From Alphaproteobacteria bacterium (GTDB taxonomy: Bacteria; Pseudomonadota; Alphaproteobacteria; UBA828), in the NCBI GenBank assembly GCA_965214705.1, contig CBDCCI010000002.1:160001-224000 (forward strand): 64,000 bases of DNA, written 5' to 3'. The position numbers and the translations under genes were made by a program. The notes beneath the pieces were generated by a model. That model did no database searches. It had not been told where the DNA came from and saw nothing but the letters and a program-made list of their open reading frames with translations. How positions within the stretch are numbered: position 1 is the first letter of the stretch; each line of letters opens with the position of its first letter. Positions 8,885 to 18,922 of the stretch are shown piece after piece.

Positions 8885-9826
8885 ATGCAACTCGATCCCG
8901 CGCTGGCGGAGATCCTCGCCTCGCTCGACCCGAGCGCCGAGACGCCGGTCGAGGAGATGGCGCCGGAAGACGCGCGCGCGACGTGGAAGGAGGAGTTGGC
9001 CGCCGTTGCCGGCAAGCCGCTGCCGGTCAAGTCCGTGAGCACGCACGAGGCGCTGGGGCCCGCCGGCCCGCTCGCGGTCAGGCTTTACGAGCCGGAGGGG
9101 GCGGGCGCCAGCACGGGCCCGCTGCCGATCCTCGTCTACTACCACGGCGGCGGCTGGATCCGCGGCGACCTCGACACCCACGACGACGTTTGCCGCTATC
9201 TCTGCCATCACGGGGGCTGCCTGGTGGCGTCCGTCGACTATCGCTTGGCGCCCGAGCATCGCTTCCCGGCAGCGCTCGAAGACTGCGACGCCGCGACCCA
9301 GTGGGTAGCAGAGCACGCTACGGAGTTCGGTGCCGACCCTGCGCGCCTCGCCATCGGCGGGGATAGCGCCGGCGGCAACATCGCCTGCGGGGTGACGCTC
9401 AAGGCGCGCGAACGCGGCGGGCCCGCGATCTGCTTCCAGCTCCTGATCTACCCCGCGACCGACCTCGCCGGGGAGACCGAGTCCAAACGGCTTTATTCCT
9501 CCGGCTACCTGCTCAACTCGATGCCTTTCTACGTAGGCAGCTACCTGGGGCCAGAGGGCGACGCGGCCGACCCGTTGGCCTCGCCGCTGCTGGCGCCGGA
9601 CCTCTCCAACCTGCCGCCCGCCTTCGTGCTCACCGCGGGTTTCGATCCACTACGGGACGAGGGCGAGGCCTACGCCAGGCGGCTTGAGGCGGCAGGGGTG
9701 CCCACCGAATACCGCTGCCACGAGAGCATGATCCACGGCTTCGTCTCGATCACGGGCCTGATCGAGACTGCCGAGGCGGGGCTCGCGGACTCGGCGGCGG
9801 CGCTCAGGGCCGCCTTCGACCGCTGA
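8885..9826 (+). CDS. Alpha/beta hydrolase (HSL-family esterase)
   Basis: HGGG, GDSAGG, DPLRDEG, HGF motifs. Confidence 0.93.
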   Translation: MQLDPALAEILASLDPSAETPVEEMAPEDARATWKEELAAVAGKPLPVKSVSTHEALGPAGPLAVRLYEPEGAGASTGPLPILVYYHGGGWIRGDLDTHDDVCRYLCHHGGCLVASVDYRLAPEHRFPAALEDCDAATQWVAEHATEFGADPARLAIGGDSAGGNIACGVTLKARERGGPAICFQLLIYPATDLAGETESKRLYSSGYLLNSMPFYVGSYLGPEGDAADPLASPLLAPDLSNLPPAFVLTAGFDPLRDEGEAYARRLEAAGVPTEYRCHESMIHGFVSITGLIETAEAGLADSAAALRAAFDR

Positions 9827-9842
9827 GAGAGGGAGCAGCGCC

Positions 9843-10622
9843 ATGAGCGACGGCTTCGCTGGCAAGGCCTGTGTGATGACCGGCGCAGGTGGGGGCATGG
9901 GGCTTGCCATCGCCCGCGCTCTCCGCGCCGAGGGCTGCGCGGTCACCGCCATCGATCCCAAGCCTGAGCCGCCGGAGTTCGCGTCCGCCGAGGGCGCCGC
10001 CGGGCGCTACGTCCAGGGCGATGCCACCGACGGGGCGCTGGTCGCGCGCACCGTCGCCGGGGCTTTCGAGGCATCCGCGCGCCTCGACTATCTGGTCAAT
10101 GCCGCAGGCGTCGGCTGGTACGACCGGGACGGCTCCATCGCCGAGATGGAGATGGCGGTCTGGCACCGGGTGATGGAGATCAACCTCACCGCGTCCGCGC
10201 TGATGGCGCGCCATTCCGTGCCGCTGCTCCGGCGCACCGGCGCCGGCGGGTCGATGGTTCACATCGCGAGCGTGGTCGGCCTGCGCAACATGGAGAACAT
10301 CCTGGAGGGCGGGCCCATCGACGCCTACCAGGCGTCCAAAGCGGGCCTCACCGCCCTCTCGCGCTCGCTTTCCATGCAGCTCGGGCCCGACGGCATCCGT
10401 TCCAACACCATCTGCCCCGGCGCGGTGCTGACGCCGATGACCGCACCCACCTACGAGGCCGATCCCAGCCGCGCCGACGCCATGATCGCGCGCACGCCGC
10501 TCGGCCGCCTGGGGATGCCGGAGGACATCGCCCACGCCTGTCTCTTCCTGCTGTCGGACAAGGCGTCCTTCATCACCGGCATCGACCTCGTGGTCGACGG
10601 CGGCATCATGGCCAAGCTCTAG
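9843..10622 (+). CDS. SDR family oxidoreductase
   Basis: TGAGGGMG, VNAAG, YQASK. Confidence 0.9.
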   Translation: MSDGFAGKACVMTGAGGGMGLAIARALRAEGCAVTAIDPKPEPPEFASAEGAAGRYVQGDATDGALVARTVAGAFEASARLDYLVNAAGVGWYDRDGSIAEMEMAVWHRVMEINLTASALMARHSVPLLRRTGAGGSMVHIASVVGLRNMENILEGGPIDAYQASKAGLTALSRSLSMQLGPDGIRSNTICPGAVLTPMTAPTYEADPSRADAMIARTPLGRLGMPEDIAHACLFLLSDKASFITGIDLVVDGGIMAKL

Positions 10623-10641
10623 CCCAGCCTTCTCGACAGGG

Positions 10642-11676
10642 TCAGGGGACGAGGGCTGCGAACAACACGCCGCTCAGGATTGCGCCGACGATGCCAAAGC
10701 CGACGTAGGCCACGAACACCTGCCGGCGCACCAGCGACCAGACCGCGACCATCGCCGGGATGCAGGTCACTGCGCCCGCGACCATGAACGCCATCGCGGC
10801 ACCCGGGCCCATGCCCTGCTCCATCAAGCCAGCGACCAGCGCAGGCGCGGCATAGCCGTTGATGTAGGCCGGCGCGCCCACCAGCGCACCCAGAGCAATC
10901 GGCGCCATCCAGTCCCCGCCGACGACGGCCGCGATCATGTCTGCCGGCACGTAAGTGATCAGCAGGGCTTCGATCAGGTAGGCCAGGGCGAGCCACTTGA
11001 CGAGGAATCGCGCGTTCGAGATGGCTTCGGCGCGGAATGCGGCCACGCGCGCCGGCTCGCGCCAGAAGCGCCACACCGTTTCGCCCTCCTCGGACCCGCT
11101 GGCACAGCAACCGCCGCCTGCGCCCCGGTGCATCGGTTCGGCGAAGGCGCCCCGCCATACGAGGAAGCGCACTCCGAAGCCGCCGAACAGGCCCAGCGCA
11201 ACGGCGGCAACCGCCTTGCCCACCGCGAAATCCCAGCCAAGCGCGGCGGCGGTGATGAGCATGGTGGACGGGTCGATGAGGGGCGAGGAGAGCCAGAACG
11301 CCATGATGGCCGAGAGCGGTACGCCGACCGCGAGCAGACCCGCGACGAGCGGAATGACCTCGCATGAACAGAACGGCGCGAGGCCGCCCAGCAGTGCGGC
11401 GAGCACGATCATGCGCGTCTCGCGGCCCTCGAAGGCACGGGAGACCAGTGTTGTGGCACCGGTCGCCTTGAGCAGCGCGATCAGCACGACCGCGCCGGCG
11501 ATGTAGGGCAGGGTTCCGGCGAACGCCTCGGCGGCGGTGCGAAGGATGTGCGTGACGTTCGGCGCATCCAGCAGCGCCACCGCGAGCGGGATGGCGAGGA
11601 CGAGGGTCCAGACGGAGAGCACGTCCCGCGCTCGCGCGCGCAGGCCGTCGACGCCGCGAAGAACGAGGGCGGTCAC
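10642..11676 (-). CDS. DUF318/ArsP-like permease
   Basis: Multi-TM protein with PFCSCEVIP and a central CC loop; GTG overlaps the ArsR stop codon. Confidence 0.82.
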   Translation of the reverse strand: MTALVLRGVDGLRARARDVLSVWTLVLAIPLAVALLDAPNVTHILRTAAEAFAGTLPYIAGAVVLIALLKATGATTLVSRAFEGRETRMIVLAALLGGLAPFCSCEVIPLVAGLLAVGVPLSAIMAFWLSSPLIDPSTMLITAAALGWDFAVGKAVAAVALGLFGGFGVRFLVWRGAFAEPMHRGAGGGCCASGSEEGETVWRFWREPARVAAFRAEAISNARFLVKWLALAYLIEALLITYVPADMIAAVVGGDWMAPIALGALVGAPAYINGYAAPALVAGLMEQGMGPGAAMAFMVAGAVTCIPAMVAVWSLVRRQVFVAYVGFGIVGAILSGVLFAALVP

Positions 11677-12056
11677 GGCGACGGACTCCTGAGCGCCGCC
11701 CGCGCGGCACGGGCCTGGGGCGAGGGCTTGGCATCCGCGCAGCACGCCTCCAGCAAGAAGGCGGCGAGGGCTTCGAGGCGCCGATAGGCGGCCCGGTTGA
11801 TCACGGTGCGCCCGCGGCGTTCCTGTTCGACCAGCCCGCCGGCGGCGAGAAACCCGAGGTGATGGGCCAGGGTGGACGCCGGGATGGCGGTGCGCTCCTG
11901 GATCTCGCCGACGGCGAGCCCCTCGTCGCCTGCGCGCACCAGCAGGCGCAGCACCATGAGCCTGGGCTCGGAGCCGCAGGCGGCGAAGCCCTGCGCCGCC
12001 TCTTCGAGCGCGACGGCGGCTTGCGGCGGCCCGTGGGAGTGCTGCTTGGATTCCAT
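11673..12056 (-). CDS. arsR: ArsR/SmtB family regulator with C-terminal vicinal Cys
   Basis: RLMVLRLLV...IPASTLAHHL HTH; LEACC. Confidence 0.85.
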   Translation of the reverse strand: MESKQHSHGPPQAAVALEEAAQGFAACGSEPRLMVLRLLVRAGDEGLAVGEIQERTAIPASTLAHHLGFLAAGGLVEQERRGRTVINRAAYRRLEALAAFLLEACCADAKPSPQARAARAALRSPSP

Positions 12057-12091
12057 ATAACTAGTTTTATAGTTATTTCGTCGTATGTCAA
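12057..12091 (-). promoter_or_regulatory. arsR promoter/operator
   Basis: TTGACA on minus strand (12086-12091); ATAACTA-N6-TAGTTAT inverted repeat abutting the ATG. Confidence 0.6.
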
Positions 12092-12130
12092 GGATCGTCC
12101 TTGGTGCGGGACCTGTGAAACGGAAACGCT

Positions 12131-12661
12131 CTAAGCGGCGAAGGTGCCGAAGGCGCCGCGGGAATAGAGCAGGGGTTCCTGGGCCGTATCGGTGCGCACC
12201 GCCTGCACGCGGCCAGTAAGCACAGTGTGGGTTTCGGCCCGGAGCGTCTGGCCAAGCAGGCAGTCGAAACTCGCGAGCGCGTCCATCAGCACCGGTGCGC
12301 CAGTCGCAAGCGTGCCCCAGTCCCCGGTGGTGAAGCGCTCGGGCACCCGCGCGGAGGACGAAAACTGCGCGGCCAGGTCGAGGTGCTGCGCGCCCAGCAC
12401 GTTCACGCAGAAGACCCGGCTCTGCAGCGTCGGATCATGCGCGCCCGCCTCACGGTTGACGCAGGCGAGAAGCAACGGGGGGTCGGCGCTCAGCGAGCAG
12501 ACTGCGGTGGCGGTGAGCCCGGTGCGCTGCTCGCCGATGGATGTGGTCACGATGGTGACTCCCGCCGCGAGCTGGCGCATGCCCTCCCTGAAGTCGTCGG
12601 AATCGACCGCCACGACCGGCGCGGCCAAGGTATCGAAATCGAAATCGTCAAGCAGCGACAT
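12131..12661 (-). CDS. Flavin reductase family protein
   Basis: FREGMRQLAAGVTIVTT, SLSADPP, THTVLTG, PLLY. Confidence 0.9.
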   Translation of the reverse strand: MSLLDDFDFDTLAAPVVAVDSDDFREGMRQLAAGVTIVTTSIGEQRTGLTATAVCSLSADPPLLLACVNREAGAHDPTLQSRVFCVNVLGAQHLDLAAQFSSSARVPERFTTGDWGTLATGAPVLMDALASFDCLLGQTLRAETHTVLTGRVQAVRTDTAQEPLLYSRGAFGTFAA

Positions 12662-12773
12662 AAAGCCCTCTCCCGGCGCGGCGCCAACTGTACCCAAGCG
12701 CCGCCCGCACATTATGAAGACCGCCGCTGCAGCGGTCCACGGCACGGCGAAATGGTCGTTTGGCCGGCCGATG

Positions 12774-13529
12774 TCAGTGGAAGTAGGCGCCGCCATCGAC
12801 GACCAGCGTTTGCCCCGTGACGAAGGCGGAGTCCTGCGACGCGAAGAAGATCACCGCGCCGACGATGTCGTCCGGATGCTGGTCGCGTTGGATGACCCGT
12901 GCCTGCCGCGAGATGTCCTGGAGCTTTTCCAGCTGGTGGGGATTTGCCAGCACGCCGTCGGACAGGGTGAATCCGGGCGCCACCGCGTTTACCCGGATGT
13001 CGGCGGCGCCGAGCTCCTTGGCCAGGGCCCTGGTCATCGCGTTGACGGCGCCCTTGCTCGCCACGTAGTGCAGCATGAAGGGAACGCCCTTGAACGGCGT
13101 CCCCGACGAGACGTTGATGATCGAGCCACCGCCCTGCCGACGCATGGCGGGGACGACCGCGCGGGTCGCCAGCGCCTGCCCGATGACGTTCACCTCGAGC
13201 ACGCGCCGCCATTCGCCGATGTCCAGGTCCTCGAAGGCCTTCAACTCCAGGTCGGCGTAGACCCCGGCGTTGTTGACCAGCACGTCGATGCGGCCGAATG
13301 CCTCCAGCGCAGTGTTCGCCATCGCCTCGGTGTCGCTCTGGCTCGACACGTCGCAGGAAACGCCGATGACGCTGTCCCCGGCGTTATCGAGTGCCTTCGC
13401 GGCCTCCGCAGCGCCGTCGCGGTCGGCGATAACCACGCTTGCCCCTTCCGCGAGGAGGCCCTGCACGAACGCGTGCCCGATCCCCATCGCCCCACCGGTG
13501 ACAATCGCGACCTTCCCGCTGCAACGCAT
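12774..13529 (-). CDS. SDR family oxidoreductase
   Basis: TGGAMGIG, VNNAG, YVASK. Confidence 0.9.
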   Translation of the reverse strand: MRCSGKVAIVTGGAMGIGHAFVQGLLAEGASVVIADRDGAAEAAKALDNAGDSVIGVSCDVSSQSDTEAMANTALEAFGRIDVLVNNAGVYADLELKAFEDLDIGEWRRVLEVNVIGQALATRAVVPAMRRQGGGSIINVSSGTPFKGVPFMLHYVASKGAVNAMTRALAKELGAADIRVNAVAPGFTLSDGVLANPHQLEKLQDISRQARVIQRDQHPDDIVGAVIFFASQDSAFVTGQTLVVDGGAYFH

Positions 13530-13566
13530 CGCTGTGCTCCTTCCGCTTACTCGCAACTTCCGCCGA

Positions 13567-14232
13567 CTATGCCGAATCGAGTTCGATGGGTCTCTCCGCA
13601 AACACCCGATAGCGTTGCGACTTCGGCTTGTCCCTGTCCTCGTCGTTGACGTAGCGGATGGACGACGCGCCGAGCAACGATCGCGGCAGGACCATCGTTC
13701 GAATGAAGCGGCTGGGCACGTTCACCGACGCCTGCGCGAAGACGGGCTCCGGTCCGCTCTCGAACCAGGCGCCGCCGGGACCGTATGACGAGGACCGGCC
13801 TTCGGTATCGATCCGTATTTCCCCCTCTCGCAGGCATCGAATGCCGGGGCCTTGGTGCGTGTGCAGAAGAGCCGTCCCTCCGGGCGGGAACGCCACGCTA
13901 TCGAGCCGGATCAGAAGCTCCTCAGCGATCGCCGCCGGATCGATCCGGCCGGCAAGACGAAGACTGGTCCGACGGCCGCAGGTGTCACTCTCCGCATCGG
14001 ACGACCTGACCTCCCAACGCCAGACCGTGGCGCCGTCGCCGCCGGCGCGCATCGACGCCGCCTCCGTCAGGACGACTCCGTCATCCAGCGGCACGTCCTC
14101 TCCGTTCACGGCGATGCTACCGGCCGCAACGTAGAGAGTCTTCGGCGTGGGATCGTCGAATCGGACTACTTCGCCGCCGAACAAGGTGTCTTCAAACAGG
14201 CGAATCTCATACGGCATTATTTGTGGCTCCAT
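13567..14232 (-). CDS. Cupin-like protein
   Basis: HTHQGPGIRCLREG cupin-type motif. Confidence 0.65.
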   Translation of the reverse strand: MEPQIMPYEIRLFEDTLFGGEVVRFDDPTPKTLYVAAGSIAVNGEDVPLDDGVVLTEAASMRAGGDGATVWRWEVRSSDAESDTCGRRTSLRLAGRIDPAAIAEELLIRLDSVAFPPGGTALLHTHQGPGIRCLREGEIRIDTEGRSSSYGPGGAWFESGPEPVFAQASVNVPSRFIRTMVLPRSLLGASSIRYVNDEDRDKPKSQRYRVFAERPIELDSA

Positions 14233-14283
14233 GGACTTGTTCGAGACACTCAGGCGGCGCGTCCAGCCGAGGCCTGCACCGCA

Positions 14284-14928
14284 TCAGTAGGCGACCGGGA
14301 GCGGATCCAGGCTCCGCCACAGGTGCCAGACCGCCACCGAGCGCCAGGGCCGCCAGCACGCCGCATGGGCCTCGATCGCGTCGGGGTCCATCGAGCCGCC
14401 GTTGCCGTAGTGCTTGCCCATGGCCCGGCGCACCCCGATGTCGGCGAGCGGCAGCACGTCCGGCCGCTGCAGGTAGAAGATCAGCACCATCTCGGCGGTC
14501 CATCGGCCCACGCCCCTGAGCGCGAGCAGGTCGTCGATCACCGCCTCGTCGTCGGCGCCCTGCCAGCGCTTCGGGTCGATGGCGCCGGAGACGAAACCGA
14601 TGGCGATGTCGCGCAGGTAGCCCGACTTCTGGCGGGTGAGGCCGGCGCCGCGCAGCTCGTCTTGCGTGCGGGCCGCGACCTCGGGCGGCGCGACCGTGCC
14701 GACGCAGGCCTCGAGTCGCGCCCAGATGCTGTCGGCTGCGCGCACCGAAATCTGCTGGGCCACGATGGCGCGCGCGAGGGTGAGGAAGAGGTCGCCCTGG
14801 CCCACCAGGCCTTCGCCTTCGTAACGCGCGGCGAGCGAAGCCATCACCGGGTCGGCGGCGGCGAGCGCGGCCCGCGCCTCCTGCCAATACGCCGGCTGCC
14901 CCACCGGCCCGCTCGCCCATCGCGGCAT
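14284..14928 (-). CDS. alkA: DNA-3-methyladenine glycosylase II (AlkA family)
   Basis: AIVAQQIS, HhH motif LRGVGRWTAEM, PLAD, WRPWRS. Confidence 0.88.
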   Translation of the reverse strand: MPRWASGPVGQPAYWQEARAALAAADPVMASLAARYEGEGLVGQGDLFLTLARAIVAQQISVRAADSIWARLEACVGTVAPPEVAARTQDELRGAGLTRQKSGYLRDIAIGFVSGAIDPKRWQGADDEAVIDDLLALRGVGRWTAEMVLIFYLQRPDVLPLADIGVRRAMGKHYGNGGSMDPDAIEAHAACWRPWRSVAVWHLWRSLDPLPVAY

Positions 14929-14960
14929 TGCGCTCGTTCTCCTTGTTCGAACAGTCTGGC

Positions 14961-15896
14961 TCAGCGCCGGGCGAAGCTCGGCATCGGCTCCTCGATGCCC
15001 TCGGGGTCGGCGTGGATGAAGACCTCCGCGTGGGGGAAGGCCTCGCGGATCCGGGCTTCCACGGAATCGGAAATCTCGTGCGCGCGGAGCAGCGTGAGCG
15101 AGCGGTCCATCTCGACGTGGACCTGGATGAAGGAATTGATGCCGGAGCGGCGGGTCCTGAGGTCGTGGCAATCCAGCACCTCCGGGTGCTCCAGCACGAT
15201 CTGCCGGATGCGTTCCCGGTCCGCCTCCGGGAGCTCGTGGTCCATCAGCTGCTCGATCGCGCTCCGCGCGACCTGGTACGCGGCATGGATGATGACGCCC
15301 GCGATCACGATCGCGATGATCGGGTCGGCGAGCCCCCAGCCCACGGTCATCGCCAGGGCCAGCGCCGCGATCACACCAACGTTGGTCAGGATGTCGGAGG
15401 CATAGTGCAGGGAATCGGCCTTGATCGCGGTCGAGCCGGTGAGCCGCACGACCCGGCGCTGATAGGCCACCAGCGCCGTGGTGACGAGGATGGCGAAGAC
15501 CATCACCCCGATCCCCACCGGCGCCCGCTCGATCGGCTCCGGCTCGATGATGCGGCCGACCGCCTCGACGATAAGGAAGATCGCGGACGCCGTGATGAAG
15601 ACCGCCTGGCCGAGCCCCGCCAACGGCTCCGCCTTGCCGTGGCCGAAGCGGTGCTCGCGGTCCGCCGGCTGGAGCGCGTGGCGCACGGCGAACAGGTTGA
15701 TGAGCGAGGCGAGCACGTCCATCACCGAATCGGCGAGCGACGAGAGCAGGCCGACCGAATCGGTGGCGAGCCAGGCGCCGAGCTTGGCGGCGATCATCAG
15801 GGCTGCGGCGGCGACCGCGAAATTGGTCGCCCGGCGCATCAGCCGGCGCGCGCGCTCGGGCTCGACCTGGGGGCCGCTCGGGATTTCGGGTTTCAC
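14961..15896 (-). CDS. fieF: Cation diffusion facilitator (FieF-like)
   Basis: DSVMD, PADREHRFGHGKAE, ADSLHYASD. Confidence 0.9.
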   Translation of the reverse strand: MKPEIPSGPQVEPERARRLMRRATNFAVAAAALMIAAKLGAWLATDSVGLLSSLADSVMDVLASLINLFAVRHALQPADREHRFGHGKAEPLAGLGQAVFITASAIFLIVEAVGRIIEPEPIERAPVGIGVMVFAILVTTALVAYQRRVVRLTGSTAIKADSLHYASDILTNVGVIAALALAMTVGWGLADPIIAIVIAGVIIHAAYQVARSAIEQLMDHELPEADRERIRQIVLEHPEVLDCHDLRTRRSGINSFIQVHVEMDRSLTLLRAHEISDSVEARIREAFPHAEVFIHADPEGIEEPMPSFARR

Positions 15897-15967
15897 GCCG
15901 GCTGCTTATAGCACGGCCGCCGGCGATATCCGTATGGCGGCACCCGTCGGGGTGTGGAACCGTATGT

Positions 15968-16067
15968 GCCGGGCCGTCAGGCCCGGACGGCGCGACCGCG
16001 CCGCGCGCCGAAGGCGCGAAAGCCACGCTCGCGGAGCGAGCGCCCGGCGCTTGAGGGATATGCAAAG
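15968..16067 (+). repeat. Multi-hairpin dispersed element family B, copy 1 (upstream of fabI)
   Basis: Aligns with the reverse complement of 33335-33430. Confidence 0.82.
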
Positions 16068-16134
16068 TTGCGAGACCACGGGTTTCGTGTAGGATGCGGC
16101 AACACGCGGGAAATCAAGGAAAAACGAGGCTTCG

Positions 16135-16950
16135 ATGGCGGATGCTTCGCCGCTGATGGCGGGCAAGCGGGGCATCGTGATGGGTGTCGCGAACGCGCGT
16201 TCGCTGGCCTGGGGCGTGGCCCATTCCCTCGCCGATCACGGCGCGGAGCTGGCGTTTACCTTTCAGGGCGATGCCATCGAGAAGCGGCTCAGGCCGCTCG
16301 CCGAGTCCGTTGGCTCCGATTTCGTCCTTCCCTGCGACGTGACCGACGAGGCCAGCGTCGATGCCACCTTCGAGGCCATCGCCCGACGCTGGGGTAGCCT
16401 CGACTTCCTCGTCCACGCCATCGCGTATTCCGACAAGGAGGAGCTGAAGGGGCGCTATCTCGACACCACGCTCGAGAACTTCCAGACCACGCTTCAGGTC
16501 TCCTGCTACTCCTTCACCGCGCTGAGCCGCCGCGCCGTGCCGCTGATGGGCGAGGAGGGCGGCAGCCTGCTCACGCTCACCTACATGGGTGCCGAGCGCT
16601 GGGTGCCGCACTACAACGTGATGGGCGTCGCCAAGGCCGCGCTGGAGGCGAGCGTGCGCTACCTCGCGGCCGACCTGGGCGACCAGAACATTCGGGTCAA
16701 CGCGATTTCCGCCGGCCCGATCAAGACCTTGGCCGCGTCGGGAATCGGCGACTTCCGCTACATCATGAAGTGGAACGAGCTGAATGCCCCGCTCAAGCGC
16801 AACGTCACGATCGACGAGGTGGGCGGCGCCGCGACCTATCTGTTGAGCGAGCTGGGGCGCGGCGTCACCGGCGAGGTCCATCACGTCGACTGCGGCTATC
16901 ACATCGTCGGCATGAAGCGGCCGGACGCACCCGACATCTCGGTGGTCTAG
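16135..16950 (+). CDS. fabI: Enoyl-ACP reductase
   Basis: [33 protein letters not shown]. Confidence 0.97.
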   Translation: MADASPLMAGKRGIVMGVANARSLAWGVAHSLADHGAELAFTFQGDAIEKRLRPLAESVGSDFVLPCDVTDEASVDATFEAIARRWGSLDFLVHAIAYSDKEELKGRYLDTTLENFQTTLQVSCYSFTALSRRAVPLMGEEGGSLLTLTYMGAERWVPHYNVMGVAKAALEASVRYLAADLGDQNIRVNAISAGPIKTLAASGIGDFRYIMKWNELNAPLKRNVTIDEVGGAATYLLSELGRGVTGEVHHVDCGYHIVGMKRPDAPDISVV

Positions 16951-16967
16951 GGCCGCTACCTTCTGCC

Positions 16968-18038
16968 ATGGCCAGCAACAGCTTCGGCCTGCTCTTCCGG
17001 GTCACGACCTGGGGCGAGAGCCACGGGCCAGCCATCGGCTGCGTTGTCGATGGCGTGCCGCCGCGCCTGGCGCTGGCCGAGTCCGACATCCAGCCCGCGC
17101 TCGACCGGCGCCGGCCCGGCACCTCCCGCTTCGTCACCCAGCGGCGCGAGTCCGACACCGTGCGCATCCTCTCCGGCGTCTTCGAGGGCCAGACCACCGG
17201 CACGCCCATCGCGCTGGTGATCGAGAACGAGGACGCGCGCAGCCGCGACTACGGCCCGATCAAGGAGACCTACCGCCCCGGCCACGCCGACTTCACCTAC
17301 GACGCGAAGTACGGCATCCGCGACTATCGGGGCGGCGGACGGGCCAGCGCACGCGAGACCGCCATGCGCGTCGCCGCCGGCGCCATCGCGCAGAAGATTC
17401 TGGGCGACGGGGTTACGATCCGGGGCGCGGTCATCCAGGTGGGCGAGCACGCCGCGGATCGCACACGCTGGGACTGGGCGGAGACGGCGGAGAACCCCTT
17501 CTTCTGCCCCGACGCCGCCATCGTGCCGGTCTGGGAAGACGCGCTCGATACCGCCCGCAAGGCCGGCACGTCCCTCGGTGCCATCATCGAGGTGGAGGCG
17601 GACGGTGTGCCGGCGGGCCTGGGCGCGCCGGTCTACGGCAAGGTCGACGCCGACCTCGCCGCCGCCATGGTCGGCATCAACGCGGTCAAGGGCGTCGAGA
17701 TCGGCGCAGGCTTCGCCGCCGCCGCCATGAGCGGCGACGTAAGCGGCGACGAGATCCGCATGGAAGAGGGCGCGCCGCGCTTTCTCACCAACAATGCCGG
17801 CGGCGTGCTCGGCGGCATCACCACCGGCCAGCCGGTCGTGGTCCGCTTCGTGGTCAAGCCCACGAGCTCGATCCGCACGCCCCGCCGCACCATCACAGTC
17901 AAGGGCGAGGAGACCGAGGTTTCGACCGAGGGCCGGCACGATCCCTGCGTTGGCCTCCGCGCGGTGCCCGTGGGCGAGGCGATGATGTCCTGCGTGCTCG
18001 CCGATCACCTGCTGCGCCACCGCGCCCAGTGCGGTTGA
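16968..18038 (+). CDS. aroC: Chorismate synthase
   Basis: [28 protein letters not shown]. Confidence 0.97.
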   Translation: MASNSFGLLFRVTTWGESHGPAIGCVVDGVPPRLALAESDIQPALDRRRPGTSRFVTQRRESDTVRILSGVFEGQTTGTPIALVIENEDARSRDYGPIKETYRPGHADFTYDAKYGIRDYRGGGRASARETAMRVAAGAIAQKILGDGVTIRGAVIQVGEHAADRTRWDWAETAENPFFCPDAAIVPVWEDALDTARKAGTSLGAIIEVEADGVPAGLGAPVYGKVDADLAAAMVGINAVKGVEIGAGFAAAAMSGDVSGDEIRMEEGAPRFLTNNAGGVLGGITTGQPVVVRFVVKPTSSIRTPRRTITVKGEETEVSTEGRHDPCVGLRAVPVGEAMMSCVLADHLLRHRAQCG

Positions 18039-18151
18039 GAGTCTTGTCGCTCACGGCAGCCGGCCTACGGCCGGCGCCTCCGCGAGGGCGCCGCTTTCGC
18101 GGCGGGCCGCGGTCGCGGCCTGTCGCGAGTCCGTCAAAGATAGACTCGCTC
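18039..18151 (+). mobile_element. 113-bp multi-hairpin MITE-like element family A, copy 1
   Basis: GAG...CTC ends with TGA on both sides; matches the reverse complement of 43107-43219. Confidence 0.8.
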
Positions 18152-18190
18152 TGAGGCGCCATCCGACCACCAACTCCAGGAGAGAGAGCC

Positions 18191-18781
18191 ATGCCGGCCA
18201 AGCGAGCGGCCCGCAAGGCGGAGCGCGTCCATGCGCTCAGCCTTCCCGATCAGCGCAGGAACCCGCCCGAGATCCGCGCCGTCTTCACGCGCTGCATGGA
18301 AAAGATCGGCTTCGTGCCCAACGTGCTCCGCTCCTACACGCTGCGGCCCCGCAAGTTCGAGTTGTTCCGCCGCTACAACAACGAGTTGATGCTGGGCGAG
18401 TCCGGCCTGTCTGCGCTGGAGCGGGAGATGATCGCGGTCGTCGTTTCCTGCGTGAACCATTGCCACTACTGCCTGGTGGCGCACGGCGCGCAGGTCCGCC
18501 TGCTCTCGGGCGATCCGGTCCTGGGCGACCAGCTCGTCGCCAACTACCGGGCGGCGCCGCTCTCCCGCCGCCAGCGCGCGATGCTGGACTTCACCTGGAA
18601 GCTTAGCGAGAGCCCGGATTCTGTCGCCGCCGCCGACCGCGCGGCGCTCAGGAAGGCGGGCTTCAGCGACGAGGACATATTCGATATCGCCGAGGTCGCG
18701 GGCTTCTACAACATGACCAACCGGCTGGCCGCCGCCATCGATATGCGCCCCAACCGGGAGTATTACGAGATGGGGCGCTAG
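18191..18781 (+). CDS. Peroxidase-related enzyme (AhpD/CMD family)
   Basis: EREMIAVVVS..NHCHYCLVAH, NMTNR. Confidence 0.92.
   Translation: MPAKRAARKAERVHALSLPDQRRNPPEIRAVFTRCMEKIGFVPNVLRSYTLRPRKFELFRRYNNELMLGESGLSALEREMIAVVVSCVNHCHYCLVAHGAQVRLLSGDPVLGDQLVANYRAAPLSRRQRAMLDFTWKLSESPDSVAAADRAALRKAGFSDEDIFDIAEVAGFYNMTNRLAAAIDMRPNREYYEMGR
18634..18781 (+). repeat. Left copy of a 148-bp direct repeat (3' end of the AhpD-like gene)
   Basis: Aligns without gaps to 19916-20063. Confidence 0.95.
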
Positions 18782-18883
18782 CCCCTATTCCTCACCATGG
18801 TCATGGCCTGTCCAGCCGGCAGGCTAGAAACGGTGCGTATTACGGACTTGACGATATCTGACTGGTCGATGATTCTTGGGTTT

Positions 18884-18922
18884 GGAGGCTTTGGGGCGCT
18901 TCGGCGTCTCATTGCCTTTTTT
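18884..18922 (+). terminator. C(UUCG)G hairpin plus U-tract; intrinsic terminator or small RNA convergent with the DUF3800 gene
   Basis: GGAGGC-TT-TGGGGCGC-TTCG-GCGTCTCA-TT-GCCTTTTTT; TTGACG-N17-GATTCT immediately upstream. Confidence 0.6.

Noticed and set aside
14284-16065. 593-aa ORF
   Set aside because: Only the last ~214 aa (AlkA) are real; the rest overlaps the CDF transporter gene in another frame.
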